From: a virus | Strand: one strand, 5' to 3' | DNA: 64,000 nt | Virus record (IMG/VR): IMGVR_UViG_3300037245_001320 | Location: 1-64,000 of that record | Shown here: in pieces, positions 23,772 to 36,013 of the stretch | How the letters are laid out: every line of letters begins with the position of its first letter | How positions within the stretch are numbered: the stretch's first letter is position 1 | Program-made: the position numbers and the translations under genes | The notes under the pieces: generated by a model | Databases searched by the model: none | What the model saw: the letters and a program-made list of their open reading frames with translations, nothing else | Told to the model about the DNA's origin: nothing

Positions 23772-26700
23772 ATGGTATACTTCATGATTCAATTGGTTAA
23801 GATATCCCACGGAACAACACAAATTATTATTAAAGATTGTTTAACAGATAAAAGAGGAAATGAATTTCTTGCAATACACAATGAAGAGAATAGTTTCCCA
23901 CTTTTAATTAAATTTGAGTTAGTACAAACTAATAATAATGTAAATTTAACTTATGAAGAGTTGGAACGTAGACAGAAACTAAGGAAAGTATGTTAGTAGA
24001 TAATGAAACTAGGATTATGATTAATAATAATTATATGTTAATACCTAGGGATGGATATTTTATATTATACAGTTATCAATATAACCCATATACTGAAGAG
24101 TTTATCTATATAGAAGTAGATGAAGTGCAAACTATTTCAGAGGGTTTTAAATATGATAGGAAATTCCATCATTCTCAATTTACAAAAAAAGACTTTGAAA
24201 AGGGGTTAAAAGATTGATTACAGATAAAAAATATACAATAGATATCTACATTGAAAAAATAAAAAGAGTTATAGCACTTGATTTAATCCTAATGACATAT
24301 AAACAAGCAATAACTTTTAGAAGTAAATTCATATATAGAAAACATTATGATTATAGAATTAGGAGCTTAAATAGTTGATTAAATATTTATGTAAAGTTGT
24401 TAATTTAATTATCTATAATTTAACAACTAGTAAAGAACAAAAATATAGGGATATAGCTATTAGAAAACAAATAGCATATAATAAATATATCCAAGAGCAA
24501 AGTTACGCTTTTTTACAGAATAAAAGATAATAATATAAGTCGGCTTTAATAGTCGGCTTTTTTAGTTATAACTACTTAACAAACTACTTAAAATGGACTT
24601 TTAAACATTCTTATATATTGGGACAACTTTATTCAAATGATCATCCTATAAGCTTATTTAAGCAATATTGTATAAATAATATATAGAATACAAAATAAAT
24701 GTAAATAATCGTTTATTTTGTTTGACATTATTTAATATAAAGATAATAATAATTATAGATTGAATAAAAGAGGTGTAAACATGGATATCAGGGATATATT
24801 ACCCAAACAAAATAACATTACAATTAATTTTGTTTTTAAAAATTGGAATAAAGCTCATAATCAAATAGTAGCAAATGTTAAAAATAATAAACCAATGTTA
24901 GAATTTGTTGATATAGCATTCTATAACATTCTAGTAAAGTATGGATATAACTATAATTATACAGTAGAGGGATTATTAAAAACAAATAAGGATTATACTT
25001 TAAATGTAAAAATAGTACTCGATAATGAATTTAATGCAAAATATACACAATGTTATCTTAAACACACATTTGAAAATTATAATATATATGTAAGTGAAAC
25101 AAATATTTATATAGTAATAGATAGTTATATAATTTTAGGTTTAAATGATTACTCTAAAATTAAACCTTTTGTAGATTACTATAATAATATAAATAAATCT
25201 TTAAACTTTCAATATATCCAAAATAATAGACAAATAGCAATTTAAACACTTGCATAATTTTAAAATAAAGATTATTATTTAAACATCAAGTAGTTAACCA
25301 GTTAAACGGCTGTCAATGACTTTCAAGGGGTCAAACTACTAGGAAAAGGCAATATATAAAAAAACTGATATTCGGCTATATTGCAAGAAATTAAAAAGAC
25401 TTAGGAAGGTGAAAAGATGGTTAAATTATTAGTTAAAGTAAACAAAAGTAAAAAATTAAAAGTGTTGGCAACCAGTGCCGGAATAGCAAGGGCGTTAACA
25501 GTTTCATTGTTTATTGGTAAAATGAAGTAAAGAGGAAAATTAAACAGTGATATATTATACAATGGATCAAATAATTAGCACATTACAACATAATACAGAA
25601 TATAGGTATACATCTATTCTATTCAAAATAACAATGTATATTTACAATCATAAAATGTACTTAAAAGTCATCTGGAATAATAAAAAAGAGACTTTAAAAG
25701 AAGTTAAACATTTAAGAGACTTAAAAAATATAAATATCATAATTAAACAAATGGTAGTAGACAAAAAATAACTAATTAGTTATATAATACTTATAAGAGG
25801 TAAACAAATGGATAATAATATTAAAGTTGGTTCAACTGTTATGATTAAAGATTCTATTAAAGGTACTGCTACAAGAGCTATAATAGAAGAGTTAGAAAAG
25901 GATTATGTTTTATTACATTTAATTAGGGATAATGAGAGATTAACTATTGATAATCCAGATTCAAGAATTTCTTTATTATTTGAAAATAACTATTTAAGAA
26001 TTAAAATAGTAGAGCAAATGAGTAAAATGAATATAGAATTAAGAACTGGAGAAATTGAAAAGATAATAACAGGTTTTTTGTCTTTATACGATTTATCAGA
26101 TGAAAAAATCAAACAAGCAATAATTGATTTTATGGAAGCAAACGACTTTATAATATAGGAGAATAGCATGTTAACAGTATTTGACATTAAAAACGACTTA
26201 AATTGCACATTAAGTTTGGCAATAAATATTTTTGATAATCAAGGTAAAATTCTTAAATTATTAAACCAACATCCAAATTCTGATTATTTTTGTAATCAAA
26301 GATCAATCGACGATATAAAACAAAAGGACATAAACAATATAGAAGATGGAAACGATAATTTAAAACCTTTAACTGATAAAGAGCTACAAACATGTAGAAA
26401 ACAGATAATCGATAATATGGACGATAATCAAGGAATAACTAACGATACATTAGATTATGCTATAGAAACAATAAAATCAGATAGAATCAAACATCTATTA
26501 CAATATGTTAATAAAACATATAAACAAATAGGGGATGGTAAAAACCTTTTAATAAATACATGGTTAATAAAAGGTAATATAATATTATGGTTAGATGAAA
26601 CTGAAGAGGGTTTTTATTCAATAGATAGTTATGATTTCGATAATGAAGTTGTAAAAGATAATTTATTTTATGGTACATTAGACAGGTGTATTGATTATCT

Positions 26701-28226
26701 TAAGGGGATTAAATGAAAAAATATAATATTCAGTATGGAATTGGTAAAAGTAAATATATTGTCAATTATCATGATGGAATTAAAACACATAAGGATAATA
26801 GTTTATTTTTTGACATGGCAATATTTAAAAGTCGTGCTAAATTAAATATATTTGTAAATGATTTAAAATTAAAAGGATACATTGAATAATAAATCAGAAT
26901 AAGACAACTTGAAATAATAGTTGTCTTTTTTACTTTATAAAGCTTGATCAATTAAACATACTGATATATAATGATTTATAGAGTTTAAAAGGAAGGTGTT
27001 TAAATGGTTACAGTTTCAGAGTTATATAATAAAAGAGATAAACTTAATAAAGCATTATTAAACACCTATGATTTATTAGATACTGATTTATTAAACAATA
27101 CCTTGATGGCTGTCAATTGTAAGATTATAAAAATGTTAATTGGGAAGAGGTAAGAATATGGAGAATAATAACATACATAAAGGATTAACCATAAATGGGT
27201 ACAAGTGGAATTATTACGACGATAAAACCAAACTACACACTTTTAGTAAAAAGGTTAATAATCCATATGGATACAATGTAATAAAGTGTTTACCTTCAGA
27301 TATAGAAAACAGTAATATAAATGATATGTGTAAAATGGAACTATCTAGAAATGAAACATATTATAAAGATATCATGAAAGTAAGAAGAACTTTAAAAAAT
27401 GAGTTACAAGAGGGTATTTTGGTATATGAAACAAACAAGACTCCAGAACTATTTTCAGAATTACAAGAAATAGAGAAAGACTTAAAAGATATAAAATTAC
27501 AGTTAAAAGGATGTCAATAGATGGTAAAAGAAATAAAAAATATAATAGAATGTGTAGAAGATTTTAGGGATTATGAGGGGTCAATTGATCATTATGACTG
27601 GAATAGTAAAAGGCAAAATGATGAATCTTTTATAACTGTAGTGAATAATATTAAAATTGATTTAAGTAATTTTGTCAATTCCTTATTAGTACTATGTAAG
27701 GATGACAATAAAACTAAGGAAGATATAAAAAATCTATTACTAGATCATAAGGAAGAAATAAACACTATAGAAGAAATAAACAATATTAATTTTAGTTGCA
27801 ATATTTTAACAACTTTTCAAGAGTGGAATGAAGAAAATTATAATTGTATTGAATCAGAAGTAAAACAAATAGAATCAGATGAAAATTGGCGGTTATACGA
27901 CTCATTAAAATAAAGCTTGCATAATAAACAATTACCCTATATAATTCTAGTAAGAGGTTGAAAAGATGAAAAAAGATAAATTAAAAGTCGTATTTAGATA
28001 TGATAAAAAAGCAAATTTTACAACTATGTTCTTTTATGACGATAGAAAGAATATAGAATGTTTCACAATGTCTGAAGGTCATAACTCAGCATGTTACAAT
28101 TATTACTTATCATGTAAGTTAATAACAGATATAGAAAACAATAGAGATGTTCAAACAATAATTAAATATTATGAGAGTTATCCCAATAGTACAAAATTAG
28201 ATATAATGAAGAGGTTAGTAATATGA
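23772..28226 (+). other. Small AT-rich hypothetical genes, many with their own promoter (23772, 23990, 24760, 25547, 25808, 26168, 27140, 27521, 27966)
   Basis: ORF track; TTGACA/TTGCAT-TATAAT-type promoters, e.g. 27917-27945. Confidence 0.6.
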
Positions 28227-28467
28227 AAACAATAGAATATATTTTACCAGTGTATACAGTTTATTATTTTGCTTATGGAGACATTGAGACACTAAGCAAA
28301 AATGATTTAATAGAATTAGAAGAATTTGAAAATAATCTACCTACTGGGGATGTTGGGAATTTCCTAATATAGATGAAACAAAGGATTTTTACACATTTAA
28401 TGATTTAAACACATTAGGGAATGATTGTGTAATATGTAAATATAATTATGATTTTAAAAAGGAATAA
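28223..28467 (+). pseudogene. Small phage gene with a frameshift in a G-run (or a sequencing error)
   Basis: MKTIEYILPVY..YGD..LPTG continues as CWEFPNIDETKDFYTFND..DCV after a 1-nt shift at about 28346-28350. Confidence 0.45.
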
Positions 28468-28719
28468 ACAATGTGTAAACTAACTGAAGCAATAAAAGAA
28501 AACAACAATTATTTAAAAATCTTTAATGTAGAGAATAAACATTCACTAGGTTTTAATAAATCTCGAATATCAGATTTATATAATTGTAATTCTCGTTTTA
28601 TTAGGAAGAATGAGAAAAGTTTAAATATTATGGTTTAATTACTTGCAAAGATTTCTTTTATGGATTATATTTAATATATGGTTAAGTAATTAACTAAATA
28701 TTTTAATAGGTGGTATAAA

Positions 28720-29127
28720 ATGGCTAATTCTGTAAAATGTCCTAAGTGTAATGGTAGAGGTACTATTGATCAATATAAAAGAGTTAACGGTGGTTTATGT
28801 TATACATGTAACGGTACAGGAAGAGCATTTAATAAAAGAATAGTTAAAAAGTATTCTACTAAGGGCTTTACTTTAATCAGTAATAAAGAAGAATTTACAA
28901 TTGTTAAAATACAAATAATTGAAAAGGATTTTTTACATGGTGTTTCCGTTGGTGGAATAGATTTTAAAAACCCTATATTTATTGATACTAAAAAAGGGAT
29001 ACATTTAAAAAACCATAACTATAAAATAATAGAGTCTTTAAGCAAAGAACAAAAAGAATTCTATATTAAAACAGTTAAGCAAAATATAGTATCTAATATA
29101 GATCTAATAAAGGAATGGTTTTTATGA
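28720..29127 (+). CDS. Protein with N-terminal CxxCxGxG zinc finger
   Basis: CPKCNGRG..CYTCNGTG. Confidence 0.7.
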   Translation: MANSVKCPKCNGRGTIDQYKRVNGGLCYTCNGTGRAFNKRIVKKYSTKGFTLISNKEEFTIVKIQIIEKDFLHGVSVGGIDFKNPIFIDTKKGIHLKNHNYKIIESLSKEQKEFYIKTVKQNIVSNIDLIKEWFL

Positions 29128-29138
29128 GATATTAAGAT

Positions 29139-29178
29139 AAGAGACTTTATTAAAAGAGTCTCTTTTTTATTTGTCTAA
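29139..29178 (+). terminator. Repeated intrinsic terminator (also 31582-31620 and 32358-32397)
   Basis: AAGAGAC...GTCTCTTTTT(T)ATTTGT in all three copies. Confidence 0.75.
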
Positions 29179-29350
29179 CTAATATAATAAAACACTCATA
29201 ATCGAGCATAGAATGGTTAAAATAAGAAAGTTATATATTGTATTAACTATTATAGAAAGATCGTGTTAAACTGGATATAGACCTATAAAATAGGAACTTA
29301 GATAATAAGTAGAGAAATAAAAAGGCTGGAATAAACCAACCTCTTATATA

Positions 29351-29617
29351 TTAAATATCTTTAAATGTTAATTTATTTTTATCTATATAAGTAATATATA
29401 AAACGTTGTTACTTAGATAAACTATTTTAGTATCAAAACCTAATTCATAACCTTTTAAATTAATATCTATTCTTTTTACATAATTAACAATATTTGATAA
29501 TAATAAATTATCAATATCCTTTTCAGAATGAATACAACACAAATATTCATAATGTAAACTATCACAATATACTTTTGTATCAATAGTGTATAAATCAATT
29601 AAATCAATCACTTTCAT
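29351..29617 (-). CDS. Hypothetical protein (minus strand)
   Basis: 88-aa ORF coupled to 29614..29901; no competing + ORF. Confidence 0.65.
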   Translation of the reverse strand: MKVIDLIDLYTIDTKVYCDSLHYEYLCCIHSEKDIDNLLLSNIVNYVKRIDINLKGYELGFDTKIVYLSNNVLYITYIDKNKLTFKDI

Positions 29618-29901
29618 CCCAATACCTCTATTATATCAATAGCAGTATCTTTAATAGTCCATTGTTTAAAATCATTTACCCCATATTCATACACAATATT
29701 AGTAGTAAGATCAATTTTAAAGTTTAATCCTATATGGTTTGTATCAGTAATATACAAATAAGTAGTTTGGTGTAATTCAGAATAAACAACATTTTCCAAA
29801 CATTCTATAAGTACAGCATTCTTACAAGTGACTTTTAATGTAACAAAGTGGTCAAACTCATTCACTTTTAATAAGTGTAATAAATCATTAGTATTCAACA
29901 T
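29614..29901 (-). CDS. Hypothetical protein (minus strand)
   Basis: AAAGGA RBS and a divergent promoter at about 29935-29965. Confidence 0.65.
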   Translation of the reverse strand: MLNTNDLLHLLKVNEFDHFVTLKVTCKNAVLIECLENVVYSELHQTTYLYITDTNHIGLNFKIDLTTNIVYEYGVNDFKQWTIKDTAIDIIEVLG

Positions 29902-30023
29902 ATATAATTCCTTTTAATAATTAAGATAATTTAAATATAATCCATAAGAGAATAAAAAGCAAGCATAAAAAGACACTTGACATAAAAAGAATAAAGAATA
30001 TAATAATTAAAAGAGGTTAAGAA

Positions 30024-32349
30024 ATGAAAACAATTAAAACAAGTTACAAAACATCTGAGCTATTAAGCAATAGATTAAAAGACTATCACACTAAAGATTT
30101 AAAAAGAGATCAATACAACATTAAAAACAATAACTATTATTTTAACAAACATATAAAAAGTTTATTATGTCGGGTTAGAAGAAAGAAAACTATTTACTTA
30201 ACTAAAAGTCAATATATGCTATTATCTTATATGATAGATGAAATAATAGACTGTAATAAATTACAATTATCAAGTATTAGCTTAAGAAAAGAATTATTAC
30301 ACACTAATGGAGATAAACAAAGTACGTTAGTGAATAAACAAATAGTATTATTAAGGAATATACTAAAAACAGTTGATTAAATAGAATTAGTGTGTATAAT
30401 GAATAGTATAAAAGAGTAAAGGAATAAATAATGAATAAAAAAATGAAACAAATACTAATAGATAAAATGGAGTTAATTGACAATCCTATAGTACAGTTTA
30501 AAAATAATGAAACATACATAGAATACTATAACGATTCTAACGAAATAGTAGACGATTATACTGTAAATATAGTTAATTCTATTATCCCAAAAAAGACTAT
30601 AGAAGAAAAGAAACAAGCAATAGCAACTTATATATTAAATAATGGGTTAGAGTCTCTACAGGATGCAACTATAAATGATATCTATGAAGAAATAAAAATT
30701 GAATCCTATATTGACGATATAGAAAAGAAAGTAACTGAAGAGGAAAAAAGAACAATTGCTTTACAAAAATATCAATCATATAAAGGTAAATACTACAAAG
30801 TTTCAACAAGTGACTATATATTTATGTATCATGTAAAAGATGTCGATGTAAAAGATTATTATGGGACTTATGAAGGCACATTTTCAAGTCAAATAATAAC
30901 AATACATAAAAATAATCAAATAAGTATTAAAGAAGATACAGCAACAGATTTTATTAATTTAGAAGAATTAAAGAAAAAAGCAATAGCAGAACACAAAAAG
31001 AGTATAGCACCAAACAAAACACAAAAGCTATTTATTGATATGGGATTCGTATTTAGTAGTAGAACTAATGCAAAGTGTAAAGAGCTATCACTAGAATTAA
31101 AATATGAGCAACAAGGGGATTTTACTCTTTTAATAGGCTTAACCACAAAAGGACGTTTCAACATCCAACACCCTAAAGAAAAATTACAAATGGAAATAGA
31201 TAGATTATTTATTAAGCATTTTAAAAAAGAGTTAGAAAGATGAAAATACTAAATAAGATGATAATACCAAAAATTAAAAGATATGGACTAATTAAAGGTA
31301 TTCATGAACACACTAGGGATAAAATGAGTATTGCAATATGTATAGAAGATTGTGACAGATTTTACCAATACGCTAATAATTACGAACCATGGAGAGAATT
31401 AGACAGGGATGAATTAAAACTATTAATAAAAGAATGGTTTGATTATAGGAAGTTTAAAAAGACTCTTCAGTATAAAATACTACTCTGGTTATTACAATTT
31501 GATAAAGTCAAGGAATGGCATATTTAAAAATAATATAAAAGCAGGTAAAAGAATTTAATTACAGAATTAAATAAACAATATAAGAGAGACCTTGAAATAG
31601 TCTCTTTTTTATTTGTCTAAATAGTAATGTGATCAATCATATATGAGTATACAAGCGATATAATGCAATCGTTAACAATATACACCACTTTACTATAATA
31701 ACCTTTATATAGTAATAAAGGATAATAGTTAATATAGTAGTAACAATATACAATAATAACAAATAAGCTTATAGAATCCATACATATATAAAATCAATGC
31801 TATATAACATAATAGGTTTAATAACAGTTTGTTGATACTGTAAAGAATGAAATTGATATAATAATATATAGCTTAGTTATGACTAACTGTAATTTGAGGT
31901 GAGACTATTAAAGATAGGTTAGACTAATAAACTTATATGTAAGGAATATATAGTAATAAATTAAAAATAATACTTGCATAATTAAAAATAGTCTATATAA
32001 TAGTAATTAGATCAAAGATTAAAAGGGTGAACAAATGAAACAAGTAAATGTAAAAGACTTAACAAGACTGGAAACAATATTATTAAATGAAATAGTAACA
32101 AGTAACATGGATCAAGAATTTGTTTGTCATATTATAGATAGTTCTGAAATAGATAATAAATCAATAAAAGGTGTTATTTCTTCATTAGTTAAAAAAGGTA
32201 TAGTAACTATACAGGATTACGAAGGTAAAGGTCTATCAATTGATAATATATTATACTTAAATGATAATAGTAAAGATATTCAGATAGTATTAAATAATTT
32301 TAATAAAACACCTAAATTATTTAATATATACTTAAAAGGTTTAAAATAA
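30024..32349 (+). other. Hypothetical genes 30024, 30431, 31240, 32035 (32035 is winged-helix-like)
   Basis: RBS and promoters; 32035 has SIKGVISSLVKKGIV, an HTH-like pattern. Confidence 0.6.
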
Positions 32350-33186
32350 TATTGAGTAAGAGAGACTATTAAAACAGTCTCTTTTTATTTGTTCCAATAG
32401 AATACAAACATATAGTAAACAATATATAGTGATAACCTTATGCAATGCTATAATAACTTACTATCCTAATAACTAACCTCTTATTATACTATCTATGATA
32501 TGAGCATAGTGGTGCATACAAGCGATGTAATACAATAGATATACAATCATACCACTTTAATATATAAACCTTCTACGGTGATATATGAAGGATACTATAA
32601 GAGACTATATGTAAGAAACCATATATAGTAGGGTGTTTATACTGGACTTATTGGAATAGTTGATAAGATGTATAACTATTGTATAAAGATCGTTGTATAG
32701 TCTTGTATGGAGAAATTAAGGGGATTGTAGATAGTATGTAAGATAGTTCTTATGTATAGTTAAGTCGTTGCTTAATTGTTTAGGTGTTGCATTGATATCA
32801 TACGTATTAGGCAAGGCTAACTGTAATTATATATTACATATCATTTGATAACAATAAATAGTAAGTGGCGAAATATACCACGCCTTGGTAATTCTTACCA
32901 TTATTGATATAAACATATGTATAACTATTTCAATTCTGCTATATAGTCAAAAAAGATGTCATTGTTCCCAGACTTAAATTTTCTTTTTTATTTCTCTTAG
33001 GATTCGACGATTAAGCAACTACTTAACTATCGAACTATCCCACTCGACGCAACGTCAACGCCAAATGAGAGAAAAAAGGAACAACTTTCATAAATGGAGT
33101 CAAAAGAGGGTCAAATTCACGTTATTTAGTAGCACTTTCTATGAGAGTTGACCATATAAGCATAAATATGCATCAAAACGACCGAA

Positions 33187-33293
33187 TTAGGCACACCTAA
33201 CTAAATTAGGCAAGGGTAAGTTTGATAGGCAAGCCTAACAACATTAGGGAGGGTGGCCGGTTAGTCCGACCTAACAAACTTAGTCTGTATATC
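33187..33293. repeat. Array of 14-bp palindromes with 19-bp period, inverted relative to 20180-20269
   Basis: 33187 TTAGGCACACCTAA, 33206, 33225 ATAGGCAAGCCTAA (reverse complement of 20218/20256), 33244 degenerate, 33261 TTAGTCCGACCTAA (near reverse complement of 20180), 33280 degenerate. Confidence 0.88.
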
Positions 33294-33508
33294 ATGACAC
33301 CGAAATTTTGTTGGTGTTTCATATGGCTCTAGACGAGCTCTGTACTAGCATTTAAGCACCTTTTCAACAAATAACCCTCTCACAGCTCAAAACCGAGCAC
33401 TGAAATTTTTGGCTCTCACCTTTCCAGCTCCCTTAGAAATCAAGTCCAAATTTTTTCTGAAACAGCAAAATAAGGCACTATAAGCCAAAAACTCTCACCA
33501 ACCCCCGA

Positions 33509-33531
33509 AAAAATTCCCACTATGCTATAAT
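33509..33531 (+). promoter_or_regulatory. Phage-specific (probably late/middle) promoter motif
   Basis: AAAAATTCCCACTATGCTATAAT; extended -10 without TTGACA; 3 copies in the window. Confidence 0.75.
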
Positions 33532-33589
33532 GTATATAAGAGTTAAATAACTAATGTTAAAAAGGCATAGTTAAAATAGGAGAAATAAG

Positions 33590-34315
33590 ATGACATTAAC
33601 AAAAGCATTTGAGATGACAGTAGAGTACCTTGGAGAGACGAAGGATGTAAAAGTAGATAAGGAAGGGTATATGTGTTTAAATGACATGGCCCAATTCTTT
33701 CCAAATAAAAACGTAAAGGAATGGCTAACTAATAGAAATACAAAAGATTTTATAGTAGTTATGGAGAAGTTTTTAACTGGGGGAGATTCTACCCTTTTAA
33801 AAATAGAGGATTTTGGTAGTAGAGGAGGAATACCTAAGGGCTTAAAAGCTATTAAAACCAAATCGGGTAGGTATGGAGGAGGAACATTTGCACAAAAGAC
33901 CTTGGCTTTAAAGTTTGCTATGTGGTTAAGTCCTGAGTTTGAACTAGATGTTTTACTATCCTATGAGAATGGAACGCAACACAAACAAGATTGGAATATG
34001 CAAAGAATATTAGCTTCTGAAAACTACAAACTACAAACAGAGTCCATTAGCTTATCCCCAGAAGGAAAGTTACCTTATGCAAAGGGATACACTAGCAATG
34101 CTAAACTTCTTAATGTACTGGTGTTTGGAGAACATCAAAAAGGTAGGAGAGATACAGGAACAGTTGTGGAACTAAATCAGATAAGCTATTTAGAATCTAA
34201 AAACAGTGCTTTCATTGATTTAGGGTTATCTTATGAAGTAAGGCAAGTTGAGTTAGCTAAGTTATTAGTTAGAAAGTTTGGTAAAAATGTAAAGCTACTA
34301 GGAGAGAATAAATAA
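33590..34315 (+). CDS. KilA-N domain DNA-binding protein
   Basis: GYMCLNDMA..WL..TK.F..GGGTFA..LALKFAMWLSPEFE. Confidence 0.88.
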   Translation: MTLTKAFEMTVEYLGETKDVKVDKEGYMCLNDMAQFFPNKNVKEWLTNRNTKDFIVVMEKFLTGGDSTLLKIEDFGSRGGIPKGLKAIKTKSGRYGGGTFAQKTLALKFAMWLSPEFELDVLLSYENGTQHKQDWNMQRILASENYKLQTESISLSPEGKLPYAKGYTSNAKLLNVLVFGEHQKGRRDTGTVVELNQISYLESKNSAFIDLGLSYEVRQVELAKLLVRKFGKNVKLLGENK

Positions 34316-34317
34316 GA

Positions 34318-35082
34318 ATGAGTAAATATAAAATATATCAACACTTAGATAAAGAAGACAAGGTACTATATGTAGGGAGAACAACCCGTATGGACAGTAG
34401 ACAACTAGAGCATTTAAAAGCAACTCCGTATAGTAAGAAGATAGAAACAATATTAGAAGGAGAAGCAATAAATAGAACGGCTATGATTTTGTATGAGCAG
34501 TTCTATATAAACAAACTAAAACCATCAGAAAACGAAAGAGATAACAGAGGAGATGATGTGTCTTTCTTAAAGCTAGATTTAATAGAGTTCATCAATTATC
34601 CTTTTGTAAGACCTGCTCCACGAGTAAAACAAGTAATGCTCCCAACTAAGAAGTACATGAATGAAGAAGAGTTCCAAGTATTTATAGAAACGTTTAAAAG
34701 CAAAACAAAGACCGCCTTTAGAAATAAATTATTCTTTGAGATGACGTACTTCACCAAAATAAAACCAGCAGATTTTGCAACACTTACATGGAAAGATATT
34801 AAGAAAGTAAAAGGGGAACATCAATTGCATGTGCCCACAAAAGGATTTTATGTTGTTCTGCCTGAGGACATACCAGAGAAACTAAGTAAATTATATACGT
34901 TGTTTAATATGAAGAAGAAGGATTATATATTTAAACCCTTTTCTAAGGAAGCACCAATACAACTATCTTACTTAAGAAGGAAAATCACAGAGCACGGAAA
35001 ACTAGCAGGCTTCAATTTTGCAATGAATGTAAACCTTTTGCTTAAGGGAATGACGTATCACCAAATACCTATAGAAGATTAA
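34318..35082 (+). CDS. GIY-YIG nuclease fused to a degenerate tyrosine-recombinase-like domain
   Basis: N-terminal IYQH..VLYVGRT..RQLEH..E..N; C-terminal YMNEEE..RNKLFF..LTWKDI..YIF..SYLRR with catalytic R, HxxR and Y missing. Confidence 0.72.
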   Translation: MSKYKIYQHLDKEDKVLYVGRTTRMDSRQLEHLKATPYSKKIETILEGEAINRTAMILYEQFYINKLKPSENERDNRGDDVSFLKLDLIEFINYPFVRPAPRVKQVMLPTKKYMNEEEFQVFIETFKSKTKTAFRNKLFFEMTYFTKIKPADFATLTWKDIKKVKGEHQLHVPTKGFYVVLPEDIPEKLSKLYTLFNMKKKDYIFKPFSKEAPIQLSYLRRKITEHGKLAGFNFAMNVNLLLKGMTYHQIPIED

Positions 35083-35174
35083 ATAATAAAGGGTATATTT
35101 AACACATATGCCCTCGACATACCAACACAATCCACGATACAATACAAATAGATAAAAACAACAAGGAGAAATAA

Positions 35175-35714
35175 ATGAAATTTAATTATGAACAAGAAGA
35201 GAGAACCAAGAGTGGAAAGAGCTACTACGAGGTTAATTTAACAGCTATGCATGGAGATGATGAGTATGATGACACAACTACTATAACATTTAAGAGTATA
35301 GCTCATGTTTATTGCCTACTAGAATTATTAAATAGTGAGTTAGCTGAAGAGGAGCTTGATGAAGACAATATAGCATCATTTGAAGAAGTTATGAGAGAGA
35401 TATTTAGTCTTATACCTAAAGGGATATGGGATCATCATGCAGCAATGTGGTCCGAGTACTTTCTAGCGAGGTATAGTATTATGATTATGCCTGCACAGCT
35501 TCTCAAGTTTAACTATAAGAAAATAGATGCCATAGAAGGATTAATAGAAGATATTTTAGAAGAAGTTCAGTCATATGATAGCATTTATGATCAAACTCTA
35601 TTTTATAGTGTAGATAACATTGTATACCACGATGGAACAGGAAAAGAGATCTATATAACTAATATAGAAGCGGAAGCTAACGAATCAGATATAGCTTACG
35701 AGATGGAAGAATAA
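35175..35714 (+). CDS. Acidic hypothetical protein
   Basis: ORF with RBS; D/E-rich. Confidence 0.65.
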   Translation: MKFNYEQEERTKSGKSYYEVNLTAMHGDDEYDDTTTITFKSIAHVYCLLELLNSELAEEELDEDNIASFEEVMREIFSLIPKGIWDHHAAMWSEYFLARYSIMIMPAQLLKFNYKKIDAIEGLIEDILEEVQSYDSIYDQTLFYSVDNIVYHDGTGKEIYITNIEAEANESDIAYEMEE

Positions 35715-35726
35715 GGAGAACAACTA

Positions 35727-36013
35727 ATGAGTAAATATAATATAACAAGTGGTGTTAAGATGAATGAGGAGAATCCAGATACATTTGGATACCTACTAAA
35801 GAGGAAAGAACTAATCTTCCAAAAGGCACAAGTGTAAAACTAATCTTCACAGAGGATATACATGGGGAACGTATGTGGGTTACTATTACTGAGGTCTTAG
35901 GAGAGAAGTATAAAGGATTGTTAGATAGTCCTCCTGTGTTTATAGAAGGTATATCTTATGGAGATGAAATCTTATTTGATAGAGATGATATTATATCTAT
36001 TTGGGATCAATAG
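35727..36013 (+). pseudogene. DUF2314/YegJ-like small protein with a 1-nt frameshift
   Basis: ..ENPDTF|WIPTKEER..VKLIF..GERMWV..YKGLLD..P; one T missing at about 35784-35787. Confidence 0.55.

Larger units (their letters stand above)
32350..33589. other. 1.2-kb non-coding region (right boundary element)
   Basis: No ORF; palindrome array; C-rich tract mirroring 20030-20110. Confidence 0.8.
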
